Below are positions 28,915 to 41,973 of a stretch of 64,000 nucleotides of DNA, piece after piece. The stretch is from Vicugna vicugna (Eukaryota), in NCBI GenBank assembly GCA_013265495.1, contig MU057887.1, positions 383,985-447,984 of the forward strand. Reading direction: 5' to 3'. A model generated the notes under the pieces. The model had not been told where the DNA came from. It was given only the letters and a program-made list of their open reading frames with translations, and did not search any database. Within the stretch, counting starts at the first letter, position 1, and every line of letters starts with the position of its first letter. The translations under genes were made by a program, and so were the position numbers.

Positions 28915-29452
28915 CGAGCCACTACTGCTCCTAGGGACTACAGGGTTGGGTTCCTGCAAGTTCCTGGTTACATTTCTGTCAACCAGTCAATATATAACTT
29001 AGTCCCGTGTGTTTCTGTTTAATGACACCTTATTTAACGTATATCGGGTCAGTAACATTAATGAGACACCAGCACTAGGTGCCTGAATGAAGCCTATTTA
29101 ACACATATTTTCCCCATAAGGCCCATCACAGTCTTCTCGTGCTAGGGGTAGACAGCAAGCACTGTATGCTTGGGGCCACTTGACACGGCAAAAAGTCACT
29201 AACAAAAAGCACAAGAGTGCAAACACATGGCACTAAACAGACCACGAAAGGGAGGAGCTGAAACAAGGAGACGGGGCATCGCCTTGTCCGACCTCAGCCA
29301 GGCATGTGTGCGACTCTGTGTTTCCCACCACTCTGCGCGTGTCTGCAATTCACCAGAAAAGCAACAAAGGTACTGATTTGGGGGTTCAGATAAATTGCGG
29401 TGAGTAGGCAAATTCGAAAATACAGAATCCATGAATAGTGAGGATGGGCTAT
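28915..29452 (-). mobile_element. Non-autonomous TcMar-Tigger family DNA transposon (subfamily not determined)
   Basis: The reverse complement begins ...catcctcactattcatggattctgtattttcgaatttgcctactc, a Tigger-type terminus; the internal sequence is also characteristic. Confidence 0.65.
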
Positions 29453-30519
29453 ATCAGAAAAACTGGTTATCTGCCAACTCCAAATGGGCTGAGGGGGATC
29501 CAGCTGCCTCCCCTGCCTCGACAGACCGACCTGCCTTCCTCAGTCACTGTCTCCGAACTGTATAACTAGGGAAGCCCTTTACAGACCAGTGCGGTGGGGC
29601 TGTGTGGGGAGGGCGTGCAGCTGCATGAGGCCTGGAACCCATGCCCCACGCCCAGCTGAGACTTCCTAGTTCATTCTGCATGACCCCAGACGGGTGACAT
29701 AACAGTACCAAGAGCTAACAGCACTCACTGAGGGATGAAGAGCAGCAGTGATGGCTCATCTGCCCTGCACTCTACAGTTTATAAAGTATAAAGCCCTTTC
29801 ACCTGTTACCTCTTCAGATCCTCACGGCAACCTGATGACGTGGGGATACCCTCAGTTTGGTTTATAACCTCAGTCTTCAGTTTAAAGATAAGGCAACTGA
29901 AACTTGGGGATCCAGAGGCTTGACAGTCTCTGGGGCTCAGAACCAGCCCCTCAAAACAGAAAGCTCATATCCTTCCAAGGTCCCCCACGAGGGCACGGGC
30001 AGGGCCCGGAGTCTTCCAGCCGCTTTATAAATGAGCAGACTGAAGGGTCACCTGGTAAGCAGCCAAGACATCAACTCAGGCTTCCAAACCTTCTCACTAC
30101 ACCTGAGCCCCCAGGAACTCCCTCTTTCAGTCTCCACAGAGATGAGACAATCCCGGGTGTTCATGACAGCACCTAGCACTTCCCAAACATTCAGTGGATG
30201 AAGACCGCTATTGTTGTGACTATGGATAACTTGGAGTCATTTCCCATTAACCAGGCCTTTAGAACAGTCATGAACTGGATTTCAGGGGTATTCCTTGAAA
30301 CCCACCCCAATCCTTTCCTAAACCATTAGACCACATAGGCTAAGCAAGCTATGGTAACATCCTACTTAAAACAGCTTACAGCCATTAAAAATGATGGCCG
30401 TTAAAAAAAAAAAAAGGGTCATGTATTACAGTAAACTGTCCAAGAGCTAATCCCCAAAAACGTCCTTTGGAGTAGTAGGCCGAGAGATGTTTCTGAGAGG
30501 ATGCTACCAGATCTTCAAG

Positions 30520-31950
30520 AAACAGACAGCTCCAGTGCTACTTGCACATTTTTAGAACCTAAGAAACTTTTTAACAAGAAGGCATAGTACTGACTCCAAA
30601 AATAACACACACGCACGCACACACTTACAGAAAATTACAGGCTAATCTCATTCATGGATATAACATAAAAATCTTAAAGACAATATTTAAAAGAATCCAG
30701 CAGTCCATTAAAAACATATGCCATGACCAAGAAGGATTTAATTCAGAAATACAAGAATGGTCCAATATTAGGAAACCTACTCATATATTCACTGTATATT
30801 CACAGTTTAAATAAGAAGTAACATATTATCTCCACAGACGCTGTGAGAGCATTTGACAAAATTCCATACCCATTCTTGATATTTAAAAAAATTCTCCAAA
30901 AATAGGAATAAACAGATATTTCCTTAATCATGAGATGCGTCTCAACTAGAAAAAGTTAAAAACAAAACAAGTATCACCACAATCCATTACTATAGGCACA
31001 CATTGGAGACACTGTGAGTTTGGCTCCAGACCACTGCAATAAAGCGAGTATCACAATAAAGCAAGCCGCACAAGTTTTTTGGTTCCTAGTGCATTTAAAA
31101 GTTATATTTATACTATACTGGAGTCTATCAAACGCACAATAGCATTATGTCTTAAAAAAACCCTTAATTTAAAAATCCTTTATTTCTAAAAAATGCTATC
31201 ATCTGAGCCTTCAAGTCATAATCTTTTTGCAATAGAGACATCAAAGATCACGGATCGCAGATCACCATCACAAACAACAATAATGAAAAAGCTTGAAGTA
31301 CTCCGAGAATTACCAAAATGTGACATAGAGACACAGTGAGCAAACGCTGTTGGGAAAATGGTGCCAATAGACTAGCTCGAGGCAGGGTTGACATAAACCT
31401 TCAATTTGTTTAAGAAAAAAAAAGAAAGAGAAGAAGAAAATCTGCAAAGTGCAATAAAGCAAGGTGTGGCTGTGCTGACACTGTGGTGAAGGTGCTAGAC
31501 ACCACGATTAGACAATGACGATATTAAGAATAAAAGAAATTGTGACGGTAAGGTAAAATTAACAGCACTTGCAAGATAATATTATACCTGATGTGGAAAA
31601 CACAAAGAAATCTATTAAAAAGTTATTCAAACAATAGGAGTCATAAGGTATCTGGGTACAAAAAAGACCAGTACATCCAGAAACCAACAGCTTCAACCTA
31701 AGTCAACACTCCCGGTTAGAAGATACAAGGGGGGGATTGGGGATATTCTGTTTAGAGCTAAAAAGAAAAAGACTCGAACAACTGAAAAGGTTTACCGAGT
31801 TCTTAGCTAAGAATACTGAAATCACAGAGGGAGCAATTCTACCTGATTTGTTCTATTAATTTAACATGACCCAACAGAAAATGCGAGAGAATGTTTTAAA
31901 ATAAGAACAGCAGGAAATTCAGAAAGAGTGACACGAGTACGTGATTCCTA
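30520..31950 (+). mobile_element. Old L1 ORF2 fragment, split by a Tigger insertion
   Basis: Degenerate L1 RT-region sequence (catgaccaagaaggatttaattcagaaatacaagaatgg; gcatttgacaaaattcca); resumes after 31472. Confidence 0.7.
30994..31472. mobile_element. Tigger1 internal-deletion derivative nested in L1
   Basis: Both Tigger1 termini present: (c)aggcacacattggagac...ccagaccactgcaataaagcg and gcaaagtgcaataaagcaaggtgtggctg; preceded by TA. Confidence 0.8.
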
Positions 31951-32519
31951 CCAGATAGTGAAACATACTAGAAAGCTAAATCTCATGTCACCATCAACCC
32001 AAACTACCCATCACCCTTCAGTGCTGCAGATGTATAACCCATGGCTGTTGGATGCCTCCACCCTGCCACGTGGGGAAGGTCGACTTGCAGGAGAGAAAAC
32101 CGGCCAGAAAGATGGGAGGACAAAGCTGGGGAGAGTGAGGGCCACAAACCCTTAGTACTGGGCATCCCTAGTCTCCTGGAGGCTTGAATTTTCAACTCTT
32201 CTACAGATTGTTAGCCAATAGATTTCTCTTTTTGTCTAAGCTACCATGGATCGGTTTCACTTGTAACTGAAAGAACCCTAAAAAACACAATATTCAAGAA
32301 TCATTCAACTCCTTAAATAAACAAACCAAAAAACCTCCCTTGACCCCACATCACCTCTAGCTGCTGTCTCACTAGAAGCTGACTCCGACAGAAACTTTTC
32401 AGCCCTCTCTTACTTGGACAGGTGTGTTAATTTACAGACTTGTTAAATTCTTCCATTGTTTTTTGTTTTTGCTTTTCTGCAGAACTGACTTCATCTCTGC
32501 ATTGTTTCATTGATTCTAT

Positions 32520-33255
32520 CTTTAAATGTACCCGGAATCCAACCACTTCTCACAAACCACTCTTCCACCCAGGGCCAAGCCACCAACCATCTCCTGCCTG
32601 TATTGCTGTCCCAGCTTCCTAACTGGTCCCTAGGCTTAAATCAGTTCCTGTCACTTCCCAGCTCATAATCCTCCATGAAGCTTCCTTCCTTCCCTCCCCC
32701 TGGCTCTTTACTTAGACACCACCTTCTCAGGGAAGCCTTCCCAAACCATCCTTTTTGAAATTGTAAATCCCACCGCAATAGTCCCCATCCGCTTCCTGCT
32801 TTATTGTTCTCCAAGGCACCTGTCACCACGTAGCTCGTATACATTTTACCTAGTTATTTTGTTTGCTTTCAGTCTTTCCCCAGTACAGGAGCCAGCAAAC
32901 TTTTTCTGTTAAGGTCCAGAAAGAAAACAGCTAAGCTCTGCAGACTGTATAGTCCTGTCTCAACTACAGAATCACCCACAGCAAAACAGAAAGCAAGGGG
33001 GTGGCTGTGTTCCAATAAAAGTTTATTCAGAAAAACAGGCGGAGGGCTGGAGCTGGCCTGGAGCCGCGGGTGAGCATCTGCCATACTAGAAGGCGTCTGT
33101 TTTAACAGAGGCCCCACGGGGAAGGCAGCTCCGTGAAGCTATGAGAATTTTCCCTCTTTGATTGTTTTGTTCACTGCTGTAAACTGAGTTCCTAGAATAG
33201 TGTCTGGCCTATAGGAAAAAAATAAATATTGGCTAATTAAATGAACAAATGAAAT
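32520..33255 (+). mobile_element. L2 3' fragment, interrupted by MER58
   Basis: L2 motifs caccttctcagggaagccttccc and ttgttcactgctgta...cctagaatagtgtctggc...aaatgaa. Confidence 0.65.
32886..33085 (+). mobile_element. MER58A-like hAT-Charlie element
   Basis: cagcaaactttttctgttaaggtccaga...ggctgtgttccaataaaagtttatt...aaaacaggc. Confidence 0.75.
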
Positions 33256-33279
33256 GAACTAAGTGATTAATGAAAGCAA

Positions 33280-34205
33280 GGTGGTACCAGTGCACGATTA
33301 GATCAATGGAACAGAACAGAAAGTACAAAAACAGAATGAAAACATGCGCCAAATTTTGTTTATATTACGACTCACACAGCAAATCAGTGGGATGAAGACA
33401 GTTCACCAGTTGGTCTTGGGACAACTGGTCAACTGAGGAAAAAGAAAAAGGCTGGGCCCCTGCTCGTGCCAGAACCGATTCCAAGAACGTAGAAACTTCT
33501 GATTCGAAAGTAAAATCATAAGACAATGAAATAAACCACGAGTGAATTTCTTTATTCTCTCAGAGATAGAAGAGCCTTTCTAAGTTGAACACAAAGGCTG
33601 TCAAAGAAAATGATGACAAATCAAACTATAAGCAAAATTTCTGGAGGGAAAACCCCACACACCATAAACAAAGGGAAAAACAACCAGCACGCTGGAAAAA
33701 TTAGTGGAACTCTTAAGTGAATGTTAATCTTCTTAACAAACAAGTGCCATACAATGCATAATAAAATGAAGCTGAATGGAAAAGCAAAAGGAGATATAAA
33801 CAGCTTTTAAAACAGGACAACATGCTTGGGGTCGCACAATTAGAGAAACGTAAGTGAAAACCGCCTGTCAGATGCGCAAAAATCTAAACACTTGGCAACA
33901 CTCCAGGTTGAAGAGGCTGTGGAGCAATGGGGGCTTCCTATCAGCAGCAGGAAAATAAACTGATAAAACCCACAAGGAGAGACACTGGGCAATAAAACCA
34001 CAAACACGTATCCCTTTGACCATTTCACTCACATGCAAGGCCTTTCCTGCAGTCTTACTTCCACACGAGCAAAATTATGTACCTAACTCCTAGAGCACTG
34101 CTGGCAAAGTACTGGAATGGTCCCATCAAGATGAAAGCTTAATTAAATAAATGAGGAATCAATCATTCACAAAATGGGATACCATGTAGCTTTTAAACAA
34201 GAATG
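33280..34205 (+). mobile_element. Old L1 (ORF2 end / 3' region) fragment
   Basis: gatcaatggaacagaacagaaa, aaatcagtggg, gggacaactgg; A-rich L1 composition. Confidence 0.6.
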
Positions 34206-34254
34206 GAAGCTTTCTCTCTCTGACTCTTCTCAGATCTTTCCGGGGTTTTTTGGG

Positions 34255-34408
34255 TTGTTTTTTTTTAATTTGTTATTGAAGTGTAGTTGATTTATAATGT
34301 TTCAGGTGTACAGCAAAGCAGTTCAGTTATACTTACACATACACATATATTTTTTCAGATTCTTTTCCATTATAGTTTATTATAAGAAATTGAATGTAGC
34401 TCCCTGTG
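34255..34408 (-). mobile_element. L1 3'-end fragment (cetartiodactyl type)
   Basis: ttattgaagtgtagttgatttataatgtttcaggtgtacagcaaag...ctccctgtgcgctacagtaggtccttgt. Confidence 0.8.
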
Positions 34409-34491
34409 CGCTACAGTAGGTCCTTGTCTTCTCTGAGCTTTTGAATTTTGTGCCCTGACAATGTTTACTATTTAAAGAGTAACAAAAAGTA

Positions 34492-34674
34492 TTTTTTTGT
34501 TTTGCTTTGGTGAGGGCTGGAGGGGAGGTAATTAGATGCATTAATTTTAATTTTGTTTTGTTTTCTTTTCTGCTGCCGAAGCGAGCAAATTTTAATTTTT
34601 TTAATAGAGGTACTGGAGTTTGAACCCAGGACTTCATGCATGCATGTGCTCTACCATCGAGCTATACCCTCCCC
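34492..34674 (-). mobile_element. tRNA-derived SINE (Vic-1 type)
   Basis: Reverse complement reads ggggagggtatagctcgatggtagagcac...gggttcaaactccagtacctc...ctaattacc. Confidence 0.85.
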
Positions 34675-37600
34675 ACCTACAAAATTATTTTTAATTTATT
34701 ATTTAAAATAACTATCTTTAATAACAATGTAGTTACTTGGGAAAGTGCTTATGACAGAAAGTTAAAAAGAAAAACCAAAAAACAAAGAGCAGGCCACAAA
34801 ATTGTACATAATGCTTGAATGAAGGAAACTGCTTTTTTTTTAAAGTGCCTAAGAAGAAAAACCAAAAGGAAGTAACCCTTAGTGGTTAGTATTAAGAGGG
34901 GAGGAATTATAATTTTTTCCTGTTTTTCAAACATTCTGTAGTGTATTTATGGAATGTTATGCACCTCGAGAACACTGAGGGCCCGCCGTGCCCGGGCACC
35001 ATGCTGACCACCCACATCCTCCAGCTCGCCCTCCTGGAAGGGGGTTCACTCGCCAGGGAGGACACTGGCTGCCCAGGTCACACAGCGGGCTGAGTTGGTA
35101 CTTGAACCCATCCGTCCACATCTTGCTTAGTCTGTAGCAAACATTTCCCGGGCGCCACCGTTCAAGGCTGGGTGCTCGGTGCTGGTGTGGATGCAGGCTG
35201 TGTCCCCTGAGCCCACACAGCAGGCGCTGGACCTGGTCGGGGAATCAGGGAAGGTCCCTGGGGAGGGGAGTTTCACCTGAGGGATTAAAACCAAAAGTTA
35301 AGTGGGCAGAGCAGGGGGCAGTGGGCGGGGGGGGGGGTTCGAGCCCCTCTTGGTGAGGCCAGGAGAGGGAAGGGGTCTAGCAGTGAGGACACCACATGGG
35401 AACCAGAGCCAGGGAGGATGCGACCTCAAGAGGCCTTCTGGCTGGGCTGGGGGTTTGTGTTTATCTTCACAGAGGACTAGGGACCCCTGAGGGCTTTGGG
35501 ACGGAGGCCCTGTGCTGTGGGGAGAAGGGACAAGTGTAGGGTGACCGGCCTGTCCAAGGGCCTCTGTTAGGGCTGGCCCCTCCCAAAGGCAGCAAGGGGG
35601 TCAACTGGCCTCTTTGAGGAGAGTCCAAGACAGCCCTTGGCTGCTTCCGCCCCCAGGCAGCCAGGGCAGCATGAATAGGCCACTGTGGCCCCTCAATGGG
35701 CCTTTCATCAACTCGTGCCTCTCAGTGCCCCTCAGGCCACAAAAGACAAAGAAGCTGAGCAGGGAGGCCCTGGGCTGCCCTGATGAGGCACTTGGATGGA
35801 GAAGAACTGGTCAGACGGGTCCCGTGTGAGCAATCCCACAGGCCAGGCCAGCCCTCTGCTCCAGGAAGCACGGGTTTCAGTGATGCAACGTGCTCACACC
35901 AAGGGGGCCATCACCTGTCTGTTCCCTGTCTTCCTCAGGGATGAGTCCAGCCTCTTCCACCAGACAGCCCCCTGAAGGCTGCGGTGTGGTCCCCCATACC
36001 CGGGCCCCCGCCTTTCTTCCCGGACAAACGTGCTGCATGCCACCAGGCCACCCCTTCCCTCACTGTGGAGTCTCTTCCTGGACCGCACCACGGGACCATC
36101 CTGACCTGGCCTGTGCCAAGTCCCTGGGGCCATTCCCCATGACCCTGCCCCAACATGCACCTCCCACTGACCTACCTGTATCCAGCACCTGACCCCATCC
36201 ACTCCTGAGTGCCCACCTGAGCCATTTTACCTATTTGATCTTCACAACGATCCTCTGAGGTAAAGTTACTGCCTTCCTTTAACTGATGAGGAAACTGAGG
36301 CTCAAGGTCTGACTCACCAGTCACACTGCCAGCCTGAGGCAGAGCCAGGCCACAGCCCAGAGCTGCCTTCAAGGCGGAGCTCTTAGCTCTGTGCTATGGC
36401 CTGTCACACTAACCACCCATCTGAGTGTCCCCTCCCACCACAGGCACCCTGCTGGCACGGTGAGCAGGTCCCCAGCACAGGGCAGGGCCCACAACAGGGA
36501 GTCGGCCAATACTGAACAGATAACTACGAGCTCACTCGGAGAACACCACAGCAGCGCTGAAACTCAGCCCAAGGCCGCCTTCACAACCCCTTTTCATAAT
36601 ATGGGAAGTTGTGAAATCCTTAAAGTGCTTCCACAGCCCTCAGGTCACACCCAGGAGGCCCTCATCCAGGTGACCCAGCAAGATCGTAATGGGAGCTGGG
36701 ACTGGAATCCCAGTCGGGTTCAGTCAGCACCCACTCTGAGCCTGCTCCGTGCCAGGCATCGCCCGAGGCCCCCGGCGCACTGAGGAACAAACCCAGACCC
36801 AGGCCTCAAGGTCGCTGTCATGCAGCAGGGGCTTCAGTTCCCATGCTCACAGTTCCCAAAGCAACCCTCTGGTTTCCCCCAAATAGCAGTGTCTGCAAAC
36901 CCCTACAGCCCTGCAGCCACTGTCACAGGACTCGGGCCACCTGGCCCCACTAACTGTCCCAGACGGCTAGGCAGCTACCAGGACAAAACAGCAGCTCTAC
37001 ATTCAAACTCCCATGTCCTAGGAGCTCGTCACCAACGTGGCCTGACTCCAACTCCGACTCACTGCTTTGCTCTGACACATAAACGGGCCCCCAGGACGAG
37101 ATCAGGAGCCATGACCGGTCCACCCCAGCTCCCAGCTCTCGCCTCCCGCCTGACCCGTCGGCAGGCCACCCCCTCCCTCCTCCCTCCTCCACCCCAACGT
37201 GCACGCAGCATGAGGCGCGTGGCAGATCCCAGAGCCTGCGCCAGCACTGCGAGGGGCGCTGGCGGCCCACCGGCCCCCACGCTGCGCCAGGGCAGCTGCT
37301 AGACCCCAGGAACCCCAGGCGGCAGGAGCGCCCTCTCACCCACGGGGCAGGCTCCGCTGGACCAACCCACCCGACCGTGAGCCCAGGCGGGAGGGGCCAC
37401 TGCCGTGCTCAGGGCCCAGCACCCACTCCTGCAGGCTCTCAGGGTGCGGGCTGGTGTTTATGAAGCACTTGCAACCTGCCAAGATGCAGAGCTGATGGCA
37501 CACTAGGAAGCTAGGATTCAAGGGCAACCCCTGGGCCGCAGGCAGACGCCAGTGGACAGCTGAGCCTGAAGGTGTTTCACCCCCTCGGTCACCTAGCACA

Positions 37601-40600
37601 GTCCCTCCCTCCTGAGACCAGACAAACCCTCATGCAGATGGCCTCTCACCTCAGATCCCCTCATTCAGGGACTCAGGGCCCTTAGTCCCAGCCCTCTGCT
37701 ACGCCGCTTCCTCCCCAGGAATGCCCACCCCCAGGCCTACCTCCTCTTTCACTTCCCTCCTTTATTCTCGCTTCTCCTAAGATGTCCTTCTCTGGGAAAA
37801 CCAAAGGGCGGGGTTCTTCATACACTAGCCTGGGGCCAAGTCACACAGGAAAAAGGCACCAAACGCCTCTCCCTGGACAAATGGATGTCTGAGTGAGACT
37901 GGACAGGCCACAGCCTGGCGTCCAGGAGAACTGGGTCCAAGACCCAGACTGACTACTGTGGGGCCCTGAGCAGGGCCTTCACCTCTGGGTCTCATCCTCC
38001 TCACCTGCCAGCAGGGTAACACCCCTTCCCCACGGGGCCGCTAACAGCGCGACACCATCCTGGGCCCACAGTAACGGGGAGCAGCCGCTCCAGTGAGAGA
38101 ACTGCCCTGCTGGACGTGCAGGGAGGCTCCCAGACACAGAGCGCTGGCTGAAGATGACCTCATCCCTGACCCAGCTCAGGCTGACTCCTCGGGGTTTACT
38201 GCCGGGAGCGGGAGCAGGACGAGGACTCCCAGGAGCTGAGCGACATCTAATGAGGCAGCTCCCTCCTCCCTGCAATGGGAGGAATCTGGAAGCCAGGGCC
38301 CCTCCTCCCTGGCAAGGGGCAATCGTGGGCATCACCCGAGGCAGCACCGGCCACCACAGACAGCGTGGATCAGGACAGACCTGCACGCAGAGCATGACGC
38401 TGCCGCTCTGGGTGGTGGGAGGACGGGGCCCCGGTTTCCATCTCTGGGGGTGGGGGCAGGCATGTGAGTCCTCCTAGTTCCGCTTCTTCCTATTTCATTT
38501 CTGTTGTTCGTAAACCAAAGCAAACAAGCGGCACTGACCTCCCTGAGGTGCGGAGTAATTGGCCCTGCCTTCGCAAGTGGCTTGGTTTTAGGCAGTAAAA
38601 GGGGTGGACTGGTGAACACGCATCCCAGAACCACAGGCTGTGAACAGTGGTCCGGGTCAACCTTCCTATCCCCAGATGACCTAAGAGGAAACTGAGAGGG
38701 CTGGAGAGGGAAAGGGCCTCTCCCACAGTGACCCCACAGGCCCCCCCGGATTTGACCAGGGCTGTCACCTGTCACAGGCAGCCTTCCTGACACGCCGATG
38801 CTCTAGGTCTGGAGGATGACTTCCGCCGACGGTGGAAGTCCTACTCCGCCAGGAAAGCAGAGGCCCAGAGAGCAGCAGTGACCTCCCCCAGGCGGCACAT
38901 ATTCAGGGAAAATTCACTTCTCGGCCTTTTCTGCCCTCTTCCTTGCTGCCTCTGGGGAACACCCCCCTCAAGGACTCCGCACCTCCGGGATCACGCTCTC
39001 CGCTCAACAGACACCGCCCCATTGATCCCTCACCCACGCTGCCCCAGGGCCCCTTCCCCTCCCTTGCTCCACGTCAGCCGCACCCTGAGCGGGACAGGGG
39101 CTGCAGAGTCAGTGCAGATACCCCCGGGGCGGCCTGGGGGGAGAGGGAAGGGAGTCACACAGGCGGCTGCGCAGTGTCACAGAACTGAGGACAGAAACCA
39201 GTGCAGGTGCCGTTAAGAGCAAAGGGAGGGGGCAGCCGACTCTATCGGGGGGCCGGGAAGGGCTAGAGCTGAGAGTCGGGGGTCGGGAAAGGGCTAGAGC
39301 TGAGAGGCGAGGCTGCCCGACAGACGGGCCAAGCGTGGGGGGCCCCAGAGGACTCACGTGGCAGGGGCTTGGCTGTCAGCAGGAGCAGGTCACGAAGGAC
39401 CCTGAACTCTGACCTGCAGGGCTCAAGCGGCCTTTAAGGGAATCAGCAGCAGGGTATGACACACTCAGGAGTGGCAGCCACGGGGGCAGAGGACCAGGCG
39501 CCGTAGCTGGTGGGGACCCACCCAGAGGCGACGTGTGTGGGGACGAGGGAGGGCTCCGAGCAGGACAGAACGCGGCCGCAGCCAGAGATGGCGCTGAGGG
39601 AGGGCTGACCCTCGCCCTGGCTGGTGGTCCAGGCATCTGGGTGCTGAGAGGGAACGCGGGAGGGCTCTGCCTCGCCCAGTCTCGGTCAGGCTGAGCTGCA
39701 GGGACTGGTGACACATTTCCGGGGAGATGGGAGTCGGAGGGCGGTCAGCAGTGGGGGCTGGGGACCCAGCGGGGGCCTGGGCTGCTCTGTGATGGGTGTG
39801 GGCAGGACATGGGGGCAGCGTGAACTGTCACCTTCACCCAACCTGCCACTACCGCCTCCCTGGGAAGCTCCCAGCCCCTGGGAGGCAGGACCAGGCCCAA
39901 TCCAGCTCTGCATCTGCAGGTACTCAGTCACCGTGGCCTGCAAGAGGGAGACAATGGCGACCACAAATACCTAAAAATGGACACAGAGAGGGGCAGAAAT
40001 CACAGAGAAGGTGAGAAATCAGCTGGCACAGGGTCTCAGTGGCGGTGTTGCTGTAACGGTGCCCACGAGCAATGTTTCAGGAAGAACTGGAAGGCAGAGG
40101 CCCAGGCCTGCCTCACCTGAGGTCCCCGTCACCCTGAGCCTCGATGCCCTCTATAAACAGGGACAAGACCCACCCTGCGCCCTCGGCACTGAGTGAGGAC
40201 CCCCGAGGGCACAGCAGGGCACTTTGTAAATGTTAGGTTTTCTCCTAATTATCCCGGCAACACACGCGCCGCGTCCGTTTTTCTCGCTTGCTCTGTCCTA
40301 AGCGTTGCCCCAAGTGTAAAGAGACACGATTCAAAGCGCATCCAAAAGCAAAGGATCTTTACATGAAAGAAACAGTGACAGCACCTCCGTCTATGAGACT
40401 AAAAGTCAAGGCCTCCCCTTCTCACTTTGCCAACAGGCATTTCTCAAGTATTCACTGGTCTTTCAAGGGAGGCAAAAAAAAACTTCTCCTTTAAAAGACT
40501 CAGGCTAACCAGTGTTCGTCCTGCATGCTGTCAGACACAAGACTCCTTTTTTAAAAGGAAGAGGTCTCTCCTAAAGTAAGCGGATGCTGGTCCTGCATGG

Positions 40601-41689
40601 CCCAGGCTGTGCGGAGGGTCTTCCCCGCAGCCCCCGCCTCCGCCCCCGGACGCTCTGTCTGTACATCCACCAGCAACACCCCAGCTCCCACTGCATCCAA
40701 CTGGGCCCCGAGGGGCTTCCTTGCGCCTCTCTGACTCCACACGCCAGGCCCGGTCACTGCACACAGAAAATAAGTACCCCCTGCCCTGCTGTGAGCGGGC
40801 CTCGATCTCCTCACCTGCACAGGGGCCCCAGGAGGGAGGGCCCACCAGGCATTCCCGCTTCGGTGACCGGTCTGTCAGGGTCCTCTCTGAGCCTCACCTA
40901 CCTGTCTGTACAGAAGTAGGGATAGGCTAGCTGAATTCTGGATCTTTCTTGTCCATCCCGCTCCCCCAGGACAGGCTGCTTCCAGAGGACATTCTGCTGC
41001 CCAAGCCAACACCAGGAGACTAGGAACAAGTAGCCAGGGCAGCCCCGACCCCAGGAGGGCAGAGGAAGCCCAGAGTCTGGTCTGCTCCCGGAAGAACATC
41101 TGTCCCAAAGCCACACAGCACATCAGAGCAAGGATGCCCCGAGGGCTGCTGGTCACATCCAGGGCTTTGCCCCCAGGGCTCACACTGCACCCAGTGGGCC
41201 TGGCACCCCGCTGACCCGGGGGCTGATGTCTGTGGTCTCCAAGGCTGGGTGGTCAGGGGCGGCCCTGAGCTGACAGTGAGCAGGGTCACGAGGAGTGGAA
41301 GGGAGGCGCCAGCCTGGCCTGTGCCCACTCAGCTCCCAGGCCCCCACAGCCTTAGCCACAGAACAAAGGGCCCCTGCACCCCCTACTCAGAAGGCAAGAC
41401 TGAATCCCAGGGAGGGCAGACAGCACGGGAGACTCAGACCAGCCTGAAGAAATCAGCCTGATGCAGAAACCTGCGCCCAAATAAAGAGTTTTGTTGCAAG
41501 CTATTTTTAATAGTGAAACACTGGATCCAAGCTGAGTTACCCAGAAGACAAGACCACATAAGTAAATTATGACACAGCCACTCAAGTATCCTGTAATCAG
41601 TTAAATAACGTTTAGAATTTAAACAACATGGAAAATGTTTTAGGAATTTTAAGTAAGAAAGCATTTTGATTAAGAAACTTTACATGTAG

Positions 41690-41973
41690 GGGGTGGGAAG
41701 GGATAAATTACGAGTCTGAGATTTGTAGATACTAACTACTATATATAAAATAGATAAACAACAAGGTCCTATGTACAGCACAGGGAACTATATTCAATAT
41801 CTCGTATTAAGCTGTAGTGAAAAAGAATATGAAAACAAATATATGTATGTATCTGTATGACTCAAACATTACGCAGTACACTAGAAATTGGCACAACATT
41901 GCAAACTATACTTCAATAAAAACAAATAAATGAATAAAAGTTTAGAATTTTTTTTAAATTTACAGATTAAAAA
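41690..41973 (+). mobile_element. 5'-truncated L1 3' end with target-site duplication
   Basis: gggataaatt...aacaaggtcct...cagcacagggaactatattcaatatc...; TSD aagaaactttacatgtag (41672-41689) / aagaaagtttacatgtag (41974-41991). Confidence 0.88.
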
